Source of the DNA: Candidatus Omnitrophota bacterium
Lineage (GTDB): Bacteria > Ratteibacteria > UBA8468 > MWAK01
Length of the DNA: 21,422 nucleotides
NCBI GenBank assembly: GCA_043826355.1
Contig: JBDRQI010000027.1
Location: 1-21,422 of the forward strand
Reading direction: 5' to 3'
Of this stretch, positions 1 to 10,130 are shown one piece after another. The position numbers and the translations under genes are program-made. The first letter of the stretch is position 1; the number at the start of each line of letters is the position of its first letter. Under the pieces are notes generated by a model. The model was not told the origin of the DNA. It saw only the letters and a list, made by a program, of their open reading frames with translations, and searched no databases.

Positions 1-1268
1 AGTTTCCGGTCAAGGACAGTCCGGCGCTCTTACCGGTAAATATCCCGGCAGGAACCAACAAGCAGTTCTGGGTTACGGTGAAGGTTCCGGAAGATGCCAA
101 GGACGGTGTCTATACCGGCTCCATCAACCTCTCCTCCGGAGAAAAAACCCTGGGCGCTGTTACCTTAAAACTGCGGGTCCTTCCCTTCAAACTCGCGTCT
201 CCGAAGACCTACTATGATTTAACCCGGGAGTTTACCAGTTCCATCTATTACCTCGGACAGCTCGCATCTGATGACCAGAAAGGAACTATTTACGCTCTTT
301 TAAAAAACAGGGAACAATTAAGGGCAGAACTGAAGAATATGTTTGACCACGGGGTAACCAACCCGCAGGTTACCCAGGAGTACGGGAACCGGAAAATACT
401 CGGGGAATTTCTGGACCTCCGGAACGAAGCGGGGATGGGAAACCAACCGCTTTATTCCCGCATATTGGATATAGCGGGTTTCCTGAACTGTAACTTTTTT
501 ACCGGGGCAGGGCTTCCCGTCCCCCCGGAAAAGTTGGCCGCGTTAAAAGTACGGGTCAAAGAGATGATAGACTTCTTTAAACCTTACGGGATTCCGGAGG
601 TCTATTTCTACGGCCAGGACGAAGCTACCGACGCAGGAATAAAAGCCCAGCGTCCGGCGTGGGAGGCGGTGCGGGAAGCCGGCGGCAAGATCTGGGTGGC
701 CGGATATTCCAGACCTATGCGCCGGATAGTGGGTAACCTTGAGGGCCAATTTGAACTGGCGGGCGATATCCAGGACTTGTTTGTCTCTGCTTGTTTCCAC
801 GCTCCCGATACCCAGCCGGTAAAAGAAGAGGCGGATAAATGGCATTCCGTTGGTCATAAAATTTGGCTTTACGCCAACCCTCAGGCCGGACCGGAAAACC
901 CGGCGCTTTTCCGGAAGGGTTATGGCTTCATACCTTGGAAAGCAGATTACGACGGCGCCGCTACCTGGGCTTATATTCATTATTATCCCCCCTGGAACGA
1001 TTTCAGAAGCAACGGAAAGCTCTACAACTTCGTCTACCCCACCGTAAACGGAGTGGTTGACACGATTGCCTGGGAGGGCTACCGGGAAGGGATTGATGAC
1101 ATCCGCTACGGCACTACGTTGAAACTGTTGATTGCGCAAAAAAAAGGCGGACCGAAAAACAGAGAAGCCCTGGAGGCGGAAGATTATCTGAAGAACCTTA
1201 ATGCCTTATATAAAAATCCGGACCGCATCCGCCTGGAGATAATTGACTACATCTTGAAATTACGCTAA
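1..1268 (+). CDS. GH123-like / DUF4091-containing putative glycoside hydrolase, 5'-truncated by window edge (paralog A)
   Basis: The frame of ORF 78..1268 stays open to the window start (FPVKDSPALLPVNIPAGTNKQFWVTV from base 3). It has YFYGQDEA (DE dyad as in GH20/GH123-type barrels) and a C-terminal YP...DTIAWEGYREGIDDIRY resembling DUF4091. It is closely similar to the 2434-4797 gene. Confidence 0.75.
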   Translation, partial: FPVKDSPALLPVNIPAGTNKQFWVTVKVPEDAKDGVYTGSINLSSGEKTLGAVTLKLRVLPFKLASPKTYYDLTREFTSSIYYLGQLASDDQKGTIYALLKNREQLRAELKNMFDHGVTNPQVTQEYGNRKILGEFLDLRNEAGMGNQPLYSRILDIAGFLNCNFFTGAGLPVPPEKLAALKVRVKEMIDFFKPYGIPEVYFYGQDEATDAGIKAQRPAWEAVREAGGKIWVAGYSRPMRRIVGNLEGQFELAGDIQDLFVSACFHAPDTQPVKEEADKWHSVGHKIWLYANPQAGPENPALFRKGYGFIPWKADYDGAATWAYIHYYPPWNDFRSNGKLYNFVYPTVNGVVDTIAWEGYREGIDDIRYGTTLKLLIAQKKGGPKNREALEAEDYLKNLNALYKNPDRIRLEIIDYILKLR

Positions 1269-1301
1269 GAATATAACTTAAGGACAAAGGAGGATATCAG
1301 T

Positions 1302-2294
1302 ATGCTGCAAAATTGGTATAAGCCGGGGCTGTTCTGCGCAGGTTTATTCTTTCTCTTTTCGGTTCCAGCCTTTTCTTCGGAAGCGCCCCAAGTCCGCCAG
1401 TTTTATCCGGCCCCTTATTTCCCCAGACCGCCGGTCATTGACGGAGAGGTAGCCGGCGACCCTGTCTGGGAAAAGGTTCTGGATGAGAACGGCTTTTTGA
1501 AACTGGGCACAAGAGAGACCGCCGGGAAAAACACATCTTTACGGGTGGGCTATGACGACAAAAATCTTTATTTCGGGGTGATCTGTTCTGAGCCGGACCT
1601 GGATAAGATAAAAGCCCAGTTAAAAGACAACGAGGCGGTCTGGAGCGAAGACGGGATAGAAATATTTGTCTTCCCTTCCCAAAAACCGGACTACTTTCAG
1701 TTTGCGCTCAATACGGCCGGGGCGCGGCTTAATTTAAAAAATACTACGCAATTCCCTTTATGGGACTGGCAGGTAAAAACAGCCAAAGGAAAAGACTTCT
1801 ATTCGGTGGAAACAAAGATACCTTTTGCAATCCTGGGAAAGAGACCGCAAAAAGGAGAAAAGTGGTTCTTTAATGTCGCCCGTAATACTCTTACGCCCGG
1901 CTCTGACCGTCTTACTACCTGGTCTTACCTGAAAAATCAGTTTCACGAACCGGAGAATTTTGGCGTGATATTATTCACCGGTCTTCCGCTTGGGCGCGCG
2001 GAAGCGGAAAAGATATTGATTCGGGAACAGTGGAAGGGAATGGAAGCGTTCACCTCTTATTATGAAAAGAGCGACCCGGTTTTTTTCCGGGAGATGCAGC
2101 CACTTCTCCGGGAAATAGGCTGGTCCGCGGTTGCAAAAGAGGTTAAAAAGACAGACCGGCTCACGCCTGAGGAAAGAGGCGACTTAAAAGACGGCTTGAA
2201 GAATCTTTCCTTCCGTCTCCCTTCGGGGGTTGAGGAATTGCAGAGACGGATTGAAGAGTTAAAGGTTGATTCCCTGAAGGATTCGTTCTTTTAA
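1302..2294 (+). CDS. Secreted CBM9-like (DOMON-type) sugar-binding domain protein with helical C-terminal tail
   Basis: RBS AAGGAGG upstream. Signal peptide ending PAFS. CBM9-like motifs PPVIDG...W, YDDKNLYFGVIC, VWSEDGIEIF, YFQFALN, YSVETKIPF, WFFNVAR, FHEPENFG. Confidence 0.75.
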   Translation: MLQNWYKPGLFCAGLFFLFSVPAFSSEAPQVRQFYPAPYFPRPPVIDGEVAGDPVWEKVLDENGFLKLGTRETAGKNTSLRVGYDDKNLYFGVICSEPDLDKIKAQLKDNEAVWSEDGIEIFVFPSQKPDYFQFALNTAGARLNLKNTTQFPLWDWQVKTAKGKDFYSVETKIPFAILGKRPQKGEKWFFNVARNTLTPGSDRLTTWSYLKNQFHEPENFGVILFTGLPLGRAEAEKILIREQWKGMEAFTSYYEKSDPVFFREMQPLLREIGWSAVAKEVKKTDRLTPEERGDLKDGLKNLSFRLPSGVEELQRRIEELKVDSLKDSFF

Positions 2295-2433
2295 CCTTCA
2301 GGGAATTCTTCGCCTGTTCAAACTGTCGCTTTGGTGAAAATCTGCCCGCCGAATCCTATGTACAAATTCGGAAAAAGAGCTTAATACCTGATTGGCGGCA
2401 GCGGAATTACCTGGTTTGACAAGAGGAGGGCTT

Positions 2434-4797
2434 ATGAAGGAAAAGAGAATTCTAACCTGGATAGCGGTAATATTTATGCTGAGCGGGGTCTGCTTCATGG
2501 CTTCAGCCCAGGAAGCTCCGGGAACAAATCTCGTTATCAACGGAAGTTTTGAGAAGGGTACGAGTGACTGGAACATTAACCCCTCCACTCCCCCGGAACG
2601 TTACTTTCCGGATGACTCCACTTCTGCCGACGGCGAATGGTCGTTGAAATTAGACGGTACAATCGCGCTGACAACAACCAGCACCCCTTACTTTATGCTT
2701 GCGGACCAGATTATAAGCGGAAAAATCAAACCGTCAACCAACTACATCTTAAAGGCGGACATCAGAAGGTCCACTGCCCGAAATAGAATCTTTGCTGCCG
2801 TCCTGGAAAGACCGACCGCACCGATTGCGGGTGAGAATTGGACCTACCACATCTGCGGCGAAGGTTCGGAGGGAGAACTTAATACCTGGGAACATTTTGA
2901 ACTTAAGTTCACAACTAACCCTGAAATTCAGGCTGCGCTGATAGCACTCTACAACGTTAGCAGCGGCGGAATCGCCTGGTTTGACAATATCCGGTTGGAA
3001 GAGGAGAAAAACCTTGCTGTAGGGCAGGTAAAAGATAGTTCCGCCCGCATCGAAGTCCCTGCCAGCGGACCCGATTTGATTACTTATATTGTTTCACCCG
3101 CTTCCGGCATCAAGGTGTTGCCCTTTGACCCCGTTGTGCCGGGTGAGATTGCCAACGAAATTAAGATAGTAGCCACCCCGGGCGAATACGAACCGGCCAG
3201 CTTTGTGCTCAACCCCAAAGATGACCTGAAGAACCTGACGCTGACCGCAAGCGACCTGAAAGGCGCCGCGGGAACTATTCCCGCATCCAGCATAGACCTT
3301 AAGGTGGTTAAGTGCTGGTATCAAACCGGGATAAACTGGAATAGTGGTTCATTTAACGAGTTTACGAAATATCTTGTTCCGGAACTTCTGTTAAACGATG
3401 ATACCCTGGTGAAGGTCGATTTTAAAAAAGAAGAAAATTATCTTAAATTAGTCTTCCCGGAAGGCGAAAAGTATCTCTGGATAAGCGACCCGGAGGAAGT
3501 TAACAAATCTGATGGAGGACAACTCGGCGGCTGGGATGTTAAAAAAGTAGACGAGTTTCCGGTCAAGGACAGCCCGGCGCTCTTACCGGTAAATATCCCG
3601 GCAGGAACCAACAAGCAGTTCTGGGTTACCATAAAAGTTCCGGAAGATGCCAAGGACGGTGTCTATACCGGCTCCATCAACCTCTCCGCCGGAGAAAAAA
3701 CCCTGGGCGCTGTTACCTTAAAACTGCGGGTCCTTCCCTTCAAACTCGCGTCTCCGAAGACCTACTATGATTTAACCCGGGAGTTTACCAGTTCCATCTA
3801 TTACATCGGCCAACTCGTGCCCGACGACCAGAAAGGAACCATTTACACTATTTTGAAAAACAAGGAACAATTAAGGGCAGAACTGAATAATATGCTTGCC
3901 CACGGGGTAACCAACCCTGTAGTCTACCAGGGCTACCCGGACCCGAAGGGGCTCGGGGGATACCTGGACATCCGGAATGAAGTGGGAATGGGAAAACAAC
4001 CTCTTTATTATCTGGGAGCGGATATAGCAGCCTTCCTGGGGTGTAACTTTTTTACCGGGGAAGGGCTTCCCGTCCCTCCGGAAAAATTGGCGGCGTTAAA
4101 AGTACGCATCAAAGAGGTTATAGACTTTTTTAAACCTTACGGGATTCCCGAGGTCTATTTCTACGGTCAGGATGAAGCCAGGGACGAAGAGGTAACGGCC
4201 CAGCGCCCTGCGTGGGAAACGGTGCGGGAAGCCGGCGGCAAGGTCTTTGTGGCCGGATATCGGCCGGGCATAAATAACAACAAAAAGGGCAACTTTGAAC
4301 TGGCGGGTGATATCCAGGACTTGCTTGTCTCTGCCGGCCAGCCGGTAAAAGAAGAGGCGGATAAATGGCATTCGGTTGGTCATAAAATTTGGTGTTACGC
4401 CAACCCCCAGGCCGGACCGGAAAATCCGGCGCTTTTCCGGAAGGGTTTCGGCTTCGGGCTCTGGAAAGCAAACTACGATGGCGCCGCTACCTGGGCTTAT
4501 ATTCATTTCTATCCCCCCTGGAACGATTTCAGAACCAACGGAAAGCTCTACAGCTTTGTCTACCCCACGGTAAACGGAGTGGTTGACACGATTGCCTGGG
4601 AGGGCTACCGGGAAGCGATTGACGACATCCGCTACGGCACTACGTTGAAACTGCTGATTGAGAAGACAAAGAAAAGCGGGGCCAAGACAGAGATTGCCCG
4701 GGAGGCGGAAGAGTACTTGAATAATCTTGATGCCAAAGACAAAAACCCTGACCTCATCCGTCTTGAAATAATTAATTATATCTTAAAGCTACTTTAA
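2434..4797 (+). CDS. Secreted GH123-like / DUF4091 putative glycoside hydrolase with N-terminal CBM4/9-like module (paralog B)
   Basis: Start moved to the ATG at 2434, after AGAGGAGGG. Signal peptide MKEKRILTWIAVIFMLSGVCFMASA. CBM4/9-like NLVINGSFE...WFDNIRLEE, then PGEYEPASF, YFYGQDEA and WEGYREAIDDIRY. Confidence 0.8.
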   Translation: MKEKRILTWIAVIFMLSGVCFMASAQEAPGTNLVINGSFEKGTSDWNINPSTPPERYFPDDSTSADGEWSLKLDGTIALTTTSTPYFMLADQIISGKIKPSTNYILKADIRRSTARNRIFAAVLERPTAPIAGENWTYHICGEGSEGELNTWEHFELKFTTNPEIQAALIALYNVSSGGIAWFDNIRLEEEKNLAVGQVKDSSARIEVPASGPDLITYIVSPASGIKVLPFDPVVPGEIANEIKIVATPGEYEPASFVLNPKDDLKNLTLTASDLKGAAGTIPASSIDLKVVKCWYQTGINWNSGSFNEFTKYLVPELLLNDDTLVKVDFKKEENYLKLVFPEGEKYLWISDPEEVNKSDGGQLGGWDVKKVDEFPVKDSPALLPVNIPAGTNKQFWVTIKVPEDAKDGVYTGSINLSAGEKTLGAVTLKLRVLPFKLASPKTYYDLTREFTSSIYYIGQLVPDDQKGTIYTILKNKEQLRAELNNMLAHGVTNPVVYQGYPDPKGLGGYLDIRNEVGMGKQPLYYLGADIAAFLGCNFFTGEGLPVPPEKLAALKVRIKEVIDFFKPYGIPEVYFYGQDEARDEEVTAQRPAWETVREAGGKVFVAGYRPGINNNKKGNFELAGDIQDLLVSAGQPVKEEADKWHSVGHKIWCYANPQAGPENPALFRKGFGFGLWKANYDGAATWAYIHFYPPWNDFRTNGKLYSFVYPTVNGVVDTIAWEGYREAIDDIRYGTTLKLLIEKTKKSGAKTEIAREAEEYLNNLDAKDKNPDLIRLEIINYILKLL

Positions 4798-4803
4798 GGA
4801 AGG

Positions 4804-5772
4804 ATGATGAAAGTTAAAGGAGAGAGTCTTGTTCTGGCCAAGACTGAGCCGGGCAACCTGTGTTTTGACAATGTGGTAAAGGGCAGTTTGACCCTACGCA
4901 GCACTTTTGTTGCCGGAAAACAAGGCGGAATAGTCTACAACGAAAACGGCGACTACATAATTGATTATGCAAAAGGCACCATAACCCGCGCTGCCGATTC
5001 CCGCATACCCGACTATTCGACCCACTGCCTGTATGGGAAAAAAGACTTCGACCACACAAATTTCTCGAGTATTTCTAATCACGAATGGTTTGTCTGGGCA
5101 GACTACCAGACGGCCAACGGCAAGATGTGGGCAAAACCGAACGACCAGAGCAAGCACCTGGTTGACGTTCGAAAAAAACTGGAGGCCGGAGGACCGTTCA
5201 AGATCGCTTCTTACGGAGACAGCATTACAGCCGGTGGCGAGGCTTCGGAACCGGGTTTGCGATTTCAAGCAAGATTCGGCAAGTACCTGCAGGATAAATT
5301 TCCCAAATCAAAGGTAACGGTTGCGGATGTCTCAATATCGGGATACACTTCGCAGCAGGGTGTAGACTGGTTTGATAAGTATATCGGAACGGTGGAAAAA
5401 CCGAATCTGGCGCTGGTGGGTTTTGGTATGAATGACCATAACACAGGGGGTCACGAACCGAATAAGTTTAAGGATAACTTGGTTAAGATAGTTCAGATGA
5501 TCAGGGGGCGCAAAAGCGCGGAAGTGATTCTATTTTCAGCGTTTCCTCCCAACGACGACTGGCACTACGGCACACATAGGATGGCCCAGTTTGCGGCGGC
5601 TACCAAACAGGCGGCGGCTGAAGCCAAATGCGCCTACGTGGACGTTTACAGCACCTGGGAAATAGTTCTCCGGCGCAAAGACCAGCCATCTTTGTTGGGC
5701 AACAACATAAACCATCCCAATGATTTCGGTCACTGGATGTATGAGCAGGCATTTGAGGCTATGAAGTTTTGA
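4804..5772 (+). CDS. SGNH/GDSL-family hydrolase (probable carbohydrate esterase)
   Basis: Block I YGDSITAG, block II SISG, block III GFGMND, block V NHPNDFGH. RBS AGGAAGG. Confidence 0.88.
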   Translation: MMKVKGESLVLAKTEPGNLCFDNVVKGSLTLRSTFVAGKQGGIVYNENGDYIIDYAKGTITRAADSRIPDYSTHCLYGKKDFDHTNFSSISNHEWFVWADYQTANGKMWAKPNDQSKHLVDVRKKLEAGGPFKIASYGDSITAGGEASEPGLRFQARFGKYLQDKFPKSKVTVADVSISGYTSQQGVDWFDKYIGTVEKPNLALVGFGMNDHNTGGHEPNKFKDNLVKIVQMIRGRKSAEVILFSAFPPNDDWHYGTHRMAQFAAATKQAAAEAKCAYVDVYSTWEIVLRRKDQPSLLGNNINHPNDFGHWMYEQAFEAMKF

Positions 5773-5780
5773 CTTGGGGT

Positions 5781-8129
5781 ATGAAAACAGTATTTTTCAG
5801 TGAAACTTGCCGTTGGATTTGGTTGTCAGGTAACGAAAACCAAGTAAACCAGTACATCCAGTTCCGCAAGTGTTTCAACCTGCAGCAGAAACCTGTCGAA
5901 GCAACAATCAAAATTTCGGTTGATTCCGATTACCAGCTATTCGTCAACGAGGTTGAAGTTTTTGGCCGGCAGTTCTCGGATTACCCCCACTATCGCAGTT
6001 TCAATACCCACCAGGTAAGTTCCTGTTTACAGAAGGGCAAAAACGTAATCTCCGTCCTTGCTTACCACCGGGGCGAGGATTCGTTTGAATACAGAAAGGG
6101 AAGACCGGGGCTCATCTTCCAAATGTCAACCGGAAAGGATGTCCTGATGGTCAGTGACGCTTCCTGGGATTGCCGCCTCTCACCGACCTTCACCTCCGGA
6201 CCGGTGCCGAAAGTCACCCGGCAACTTGGCTTCACGGTCAACTACGACGCCGGGAAGGAAGACGAATGGCAGAAAACCGGGTATTCCCTTGCCGGCTGGG
6301 ATAAAGTCCGGGAAATCTCCGGTCCGACCGACGGTTACTGGAAAAACTTGCGGCCCAGACCATTGCCGGCTCTGGTTCAAGGCGAGTTCCTACCCGGCCG
6401 CCTGGTAGCAAAGGGAACCATTATCCGTGGGGAAATATCCACGCCGGCCCGGACAATGGACGGGAGTTTTAAACGGGCGGAAAGACTATCGCAATCAAAA
6501 ACCATCCAGCCGTTTTCAGATAAGAATAAAGGCGTCTTCCTGGTCTTTGACCTGGGTCGGGAAGAAACAGGCCTGTTACAATTTTCACTCCAGGCGCCCG
6601 GAGGGACGCTGGTGGATATCGGCCACGGCGAACATCTGGACGACTTGGGGGTTCGTACCTTTGTCGGCGGACGGGAGTTTGCCGACCGCTATATCTGCCG
6701 GGAAGGAATAAATAACTTTACCCTTCCCTTTCGCAGGCTGGGCTGCCGATACCTTGAATTCCACATCTCGGGGTTTAATGAACCCATCACCTTCTGCAGC
6801 GCCGGAATTGTTCCCTTGTCTTATCCGACCGAGGAAAGGGGTTCTTTCTCTTCGTCTGACTCCCTGGTAAACCAAACACGCAAGACCGCTGTCAGGACGC
6901 TAAAACTCTGCATGCACGAGCACTACGAGGACTGCCCCTGGCGTGAACAGAGTCTTTACGCTTTTGACAGCCGTAATCAAGCCCTTTATGGTTATTACGC
7001 CTTCGGCGAATATGATTTTCCGGAAATCTCCTTTTCCCTCCTTGGTTGGGGCCTGCATGAAGACGGACTTTTGGAAATGTGCGCGCCCGGCCGGATACCG
7101 TTCACTATTCCATCCTTTTCCCTGGTCTGGATCTCTGCGCTCCGCGACCATTTCCTCTTCAGCGGCCGCGCCCGGCTCTTTCGGAAATTTCGCCCCACTA
7201 TTGATAAAATTCTCGCTTCCTTCTTGGTCAGGCGGGATGAGCAAACCGGATTGTACAAACTTTTCGAAGGAAATCAATACTGGTCGTTTTATGAATGGGC
7301 GCCGGGGTTGGAACAAAAAAACGAAACGGAGAGAGGCACAACGGGTGATTTCCGGCTGGACGCACCGCATAACCTCTTTTTGCTGGAAGCGATTGAAGCT
7401 TATCGGGACATGCTTGTCTTCAGCGGAGAAGAGGAAGCCGCGGCAGGTTGGCAACAAAAATCAGCCGTGTTAAAAAAGGCTATCCACAACAACTTCTGGG
7501 ACCGGAAGCGTAAACTCTACGCGACCTTCTCCGACAGAAGCCGCAAATGGCACTACAGTGAACTGGTCCAAACGCTGGCGGTGACATATGGCTTGGGCCC
7601 TACCGGCGTAAGGTCCCATTTGCGCAAGATTATCTTCAATTCCCCGCACCTTGTTCCCATGAGTCTTTCTACCATGCTTTACGCCGGGCAGGCGTTATTT
7701 GGCTCCGGACTCAAAGAACAAATTAAACTGCTCGAAACATGCAGTCGCACTTTTTCTTCCATGCTTTACAAAGACGCTACTTCATTGTGGGAAACCACCA
7801 GGGGAGCTGATGATTTTGAATATGCGGGAAGTCTTTGCCACGGCTGGTCCGCCCTACCTATCTGGCTGAATCAGGCATACATATTAGGCGTCATACCTAA
7901 ATCACCCGGATTCAGGAGTTTTGTCGTTTCTCCGCATCCGGCAAACCTGTCTTACGCAACCGGCAAAATCCCCACTCCGGCAGGTGTAATTGCGGTGGAA
8001 TGGGAACAATCGCAAAACGTCTTTAGTCTCAACGTTTCGGCGCCCAAATCATGCAATCCCGCTTTCAGACCGAACATCGCCAAGGAAGTAAGGTGTAAGA
8101 TTTTTTTGAACGGTCAAAAGATTTCTTGA
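5781..8129 (+). CDS. Alpha-L-rhamnosidase-like glycoside hydrolase (GH78 family)
   Basis: N-terminal WIW...FRKCF...ISVDSDYQLFVN, then VFDLGREETG, YEDCPWREQ..Y.FDSR, ATSLWE, SLCHGWS and PTPAGVIAVEW. The ATG at 5781 is preferred over the TTG at 5769. Confidence 0.88.
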   Translation: MKTVFFSETCRWIWLSGNENQVNQYIQFRKCFNLQQKPVEATIKISVDSDYQLFVNEVEVFGRQFSDYPHYRSFNTHQVSSCLQKGKNVISVLAYHRGEDSFEYRKGRPGLIFQMSTGKDVLMVSDASWDCRLSPTFTSGPVPKVTRQLGFTVNYDAGKEDEWQKTGYSLAGWDKVREISGPTDGYWKNLRPRPLPALVQGEFLPGRLVAKGTIIRGEISTPARTMDGSFKRAERLSQSKTIQPFSDKNKGVFLVFDLGREETGLLQFSLQAPGGTLVDIGHGEHLDDLGVRTFVGGREFADRYICREGINNFTLPFRRLGCRYLEFHISGFNEPITFCSAGIVPLSYPTEERGSFSSSDSLVNQTRKTAVRTLKLCMHEHYEDCPWREQSLYAFDSRNQALYGYYAFGEYDFPEISFSLLGWGLHEDGLLEMCAPGRIPFTIPSFSLVWISALRDHFLFSGRARLFRKFRPTIDKILASFLVRRDEQTGLYKLFEGNQYWSFYEWAPGLEQKNETERGTTGDFRLDAPHNLFLLEAIEAYRDMLVFSGEEEAAAGWQQKSAVLKKAIHNNFWDRKRKLYATFSDRSRKWHYSELVQTLAVTYGLGPTGVRSHLRKIIFNSPHLVPMSLSTMLYAGQALFGSGLKEQIKLLETCSRTFSSMLYKDATSLWETTRGADDFEYAGSLCHGWSALPIWLNQAYILGVIPKSPGFRSFVVSPHPANLSYATGKIPTPAGVIAVEWEQSQNVFSLNVSAPKSCNPAFRPNIAKEVRCKIFLNGQKIS

Positions 8130-8199
8130 ATAAAATGTTTCTTCCTGATGGATGGCCCATCAAGCCATCCGCGGTCTTTCCCTTAAAACTAGGAGATTT

Positions 8200-9024
8200 A
8201 TGAAAATATACATAATGACCGACCTGGAGGGCGCGGCCGGAGTACTTGACTTTGAAAACTGGTGCGTTCCGTCAAGCCGGTACTACGAAACAGCAAAAGA
8301 ATTCCTGACCATGGAAGTTAACGCCGCAGTCGAGGGTTTTTTGGAAGGCGGCGCAAAGGAAATAGTGGTGGCGGACGGCCACGGGTGTGGTGGAATTAAC
8401 GTGAAACTCCTTGACTCAAAGGTAAAGCTGATGCGGGGGTGGCCTACCGGTTGGCCGCTGTTGCTGGACAAGTCATATGACGCGGTGGCCTGGGTTGGCC
8501 AACACGCCAAAGCTGGTACGGAATTTGCCCACCTCGCCCATACCCAGTATTTCAATTACGTTGACTTATCGGTTAACGGCATTTCCATCGGAGAATTCGG
8601 ACAGGTTGCAATGTGTGCCGGCGAGTTGGAAATTCCCTGCATCTTTGGTTCGGGGGACGAGGCGTTTGCCAAAGAAGCGAGGGTTCTGTTTCCGGGAATA
8701 GAAGCGGTAAGCGTTAAGACCGGGACAACGCCGGAAAGAGGAGATGATTTAACCACCGAGGAGTATAAAAAAAGAAACCTGTCTGCCATTCACTTGCACC
8801 CGGTAAAGGCGCGGGCGCTGATTAAAAAAGGCGCCCTTCAAGCGATTAAGAACATAAATAAAAACCGTTCCGGTAAGACGCTTTCCCTGAAACCGCCTTT
8901 TGAAAGGACGGCCATTTTCCGGGCGGAAGCAGGTTTGCCCGTTAAGACCATATCGCACGAAAGCCATCCGGACAACATTGCGGCGCTGCTGAATCTTCCT
9001 TTTGACAAAAAACCGTTGGGATGA
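8200..9024 (+). CDS. dppA: M55-family D-aminopeptidase (DppA-like)
   Basis: MKIYIMTDLEG start after AGGAG, with EVNAAVEG, VADGHG, GQHAKAG, LAHT and GEFG motifs typical of peptidase M55. Confidence 0.88.
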   Translation: MKIYIMTDLEGAAGVLDFENWCVPSSRYYETAKEFLTMEVNAAVEGFLEGGAKEIVVADGHGCGGINVKLLDSKVKLMRGWPTGWPLLLDKSYDAVAWVGQHAKAGTEFAHLAHTQYFNYVDLSVNGISIGEFGQVAMCAGELEIPCIFGSGDEAFAKEARVLFPGIEAVSVKTGTTPERGDDLTTEEYKKRNLSAIHLHPVKARALIKKGALQAIKNINKNRSGKTLSLKPPFERTAIFRAEAGLPVKTISHESHPDNIAALLNLPFDKKPLG

Positions 9025-9091
9025 TTATTGTAAGACGAAGAACCTCTCCCGGTCGCCCTGTAGATTGTAACCGAAATTACGACGGATAAAT

Positions 9092-9117
9092 AAAAAAACG
9101 CCGGTATACCGGTTTTT
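9092..9117. terminator. Possible bidirectional terminator
   Basis: An A-run, the palindrome CCGGTATACCGG (9101-9112) and a T5 run lie between convergent transcription units. The stem is short. Confidence 0.3.
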
Positions 9118-9140
9118 CGGGAATATTCATTTCAGAAAAT

Positions 9141-9280
9141 GCGTGCTCTGTCAGGAGATTCAAAACGGGGTTTATGTACTTTATTGGCGATCTCACTTCA
9201 AAACGTTCGACTCGGCCATCCACTGTCATTGTTCCTTCTCGTCGCAGCTCCTGACTTCGCTCCCTTCAAATCTTATCTCC
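9141..9280 (-). repeat. tRNA-linked element E3 (diverged copy)
   Basis: On the - strand it opens GAGATAAGATTTGAAGGGAGCGAAGT. 9207-9263 aligns by eye to 14129-14187 at about 45/59 positions. It closes with a degenerate tRNA-3'-like TTTGAATCTCCTGACAGAGCACGC. Confidence 0.7.
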
Positions 9281-9296
9281 AGAGATTTTTAAATGT

Positions 9297-9331
9297 GCGC
9301 CTGAGAGGATTTGGCGCCACTCGGCTTTCAC
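9297..9331 (-). repeat. Closing (B) end of element E2, containing a copy of the tRNA-Arg 3' end
   Basis: GCGCCTGAGAGGATTTGGCGCCACTCGGCTTTCAC matches 14088-14122 at 34/35 positions. Confidence 0.9.
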
Positions 9332-9392
9332 CCTGTCCGGAGGTACGCTAACCGAGAAAATGAGGACATTCTTCCGGCGAGGTCTTTTCCGG

Positions 9393-10130
9393 TTATCGCG
9401 ACGGCTCGGTTCCGAACAACAATTTCGGAACAACATCTAAGGTACGAACATAAATACCGCCGTTCTCTTTAAGAACAACTTCTTCCGGCTGCGCTCGCCA
9501 AACAATAATTACTTTTTCAATACCCGCCTTTTTCGCATTCTTCAGGTCCATTTCTGCATCATCACCAATCATTACCATATCTTCGGGGAGAAAGCCGGTT
9601 TTTGCCAAAATAGAAGCAAAGTACTCGGGTCCTGTTTTACCGCAGCGAATGACATCTCCGCCAAACATATCTTTAAAATATTTAGTCCTTTTTAGGTTAG
9701 ATAAACCAGCACGGCAGAGTTTACTCAAGGCGGCCTTTTTCCCGTTGGAGGAAGCAAGGTAGAGAGTAAAGCCGGTTTCGTAAAGTCTTTTTATCATCCT
9801 TGCGGCATCCGGGTAAACAAAAAGATGCTTATTCTGCCATTTGGCTATCTCTGTCCACACCTTACGCTCGGGAATGCCTAAATACCTTGGGTAGGGGTAT
9901 TCCTCGGGAAATTTACTTTCACAATCAAGTATTTTCGTTAATGCTGCCTCCGGTTTTAGGTGATGTTTTTTTACCATCAAATCTCTCAGTATGCCCAGGA
10001 AATAATTCACTGAAACTCCAAAATTGTCGGGATAGTTACAATCTTCATAAACAATGGTGCCGTCAATATCAACCAGAACGTGTTTTACGAAGAGTTGTGG
10101 CCATACCGTCCTGATTGTTTGTTCTTTCAT
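9393..10130 (-). CDS. HAD-superfamily hydrolase
   Basis: Motif I DIDGT, motif II LASSNG, motif III K (CGKTGP) and motif IV IGDDAEMD. It overlaps the upstream gene by 4 nt, with RBS AAGAGGGGAG. Confidence 0.88.
   Translation of the reverse strand: MKEQTIRTVWPQLFVKHVLVDIDGTIVYEDCNYPDNFGVSVNYFLGILRDLMVKKHHLKPEAALTKILDCESKFPEEYPYPRYLGIPERKVWTEIAKWQNKHLFVYPDAARMIKRLYETGFTLYLASSNGKKAALSKLCRAGLSNLKRTKYFKDMFGGDVIRCGKTGPEYFASILAKTGFLPEDMVMIGDDAEMDLKNAKKAGIEKVIIVWRAQPEEVVLKENGGIYVRTLDVVPKLLFGTEPSR

Noticed and set aside
543..1139. 198-aa antisense ORF and its counterpart at 4096-4506
   Set aside because: These are shadow frames of the GH123-like genes, and their similarity follows from the sense-strand duplication.
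2392..2433. Upstream TTG start for paralog B (likewise starts at 8152 and 14825)
   Set aside because: Downstream ATGs have clear Shine-Dalgarno sequences and give canonical N-termini or signal peptides.
1..4797. Diversity-generating retroelement (template/variable repeat) between paralogs A and B
   Set aside because: Differences are not adenine-specific and include indels. Both copies are coding, and no reverse transcriptase is in the window.
9139..9351. 70-aa ORF, and similar short ORFs at 11364-11844 and 14151-14559
   Set aside because: They overlie the non-coding repeats or the tRNA, lack RBSs and recognisable motifs, and resemble each other only because of the DNA repeat.
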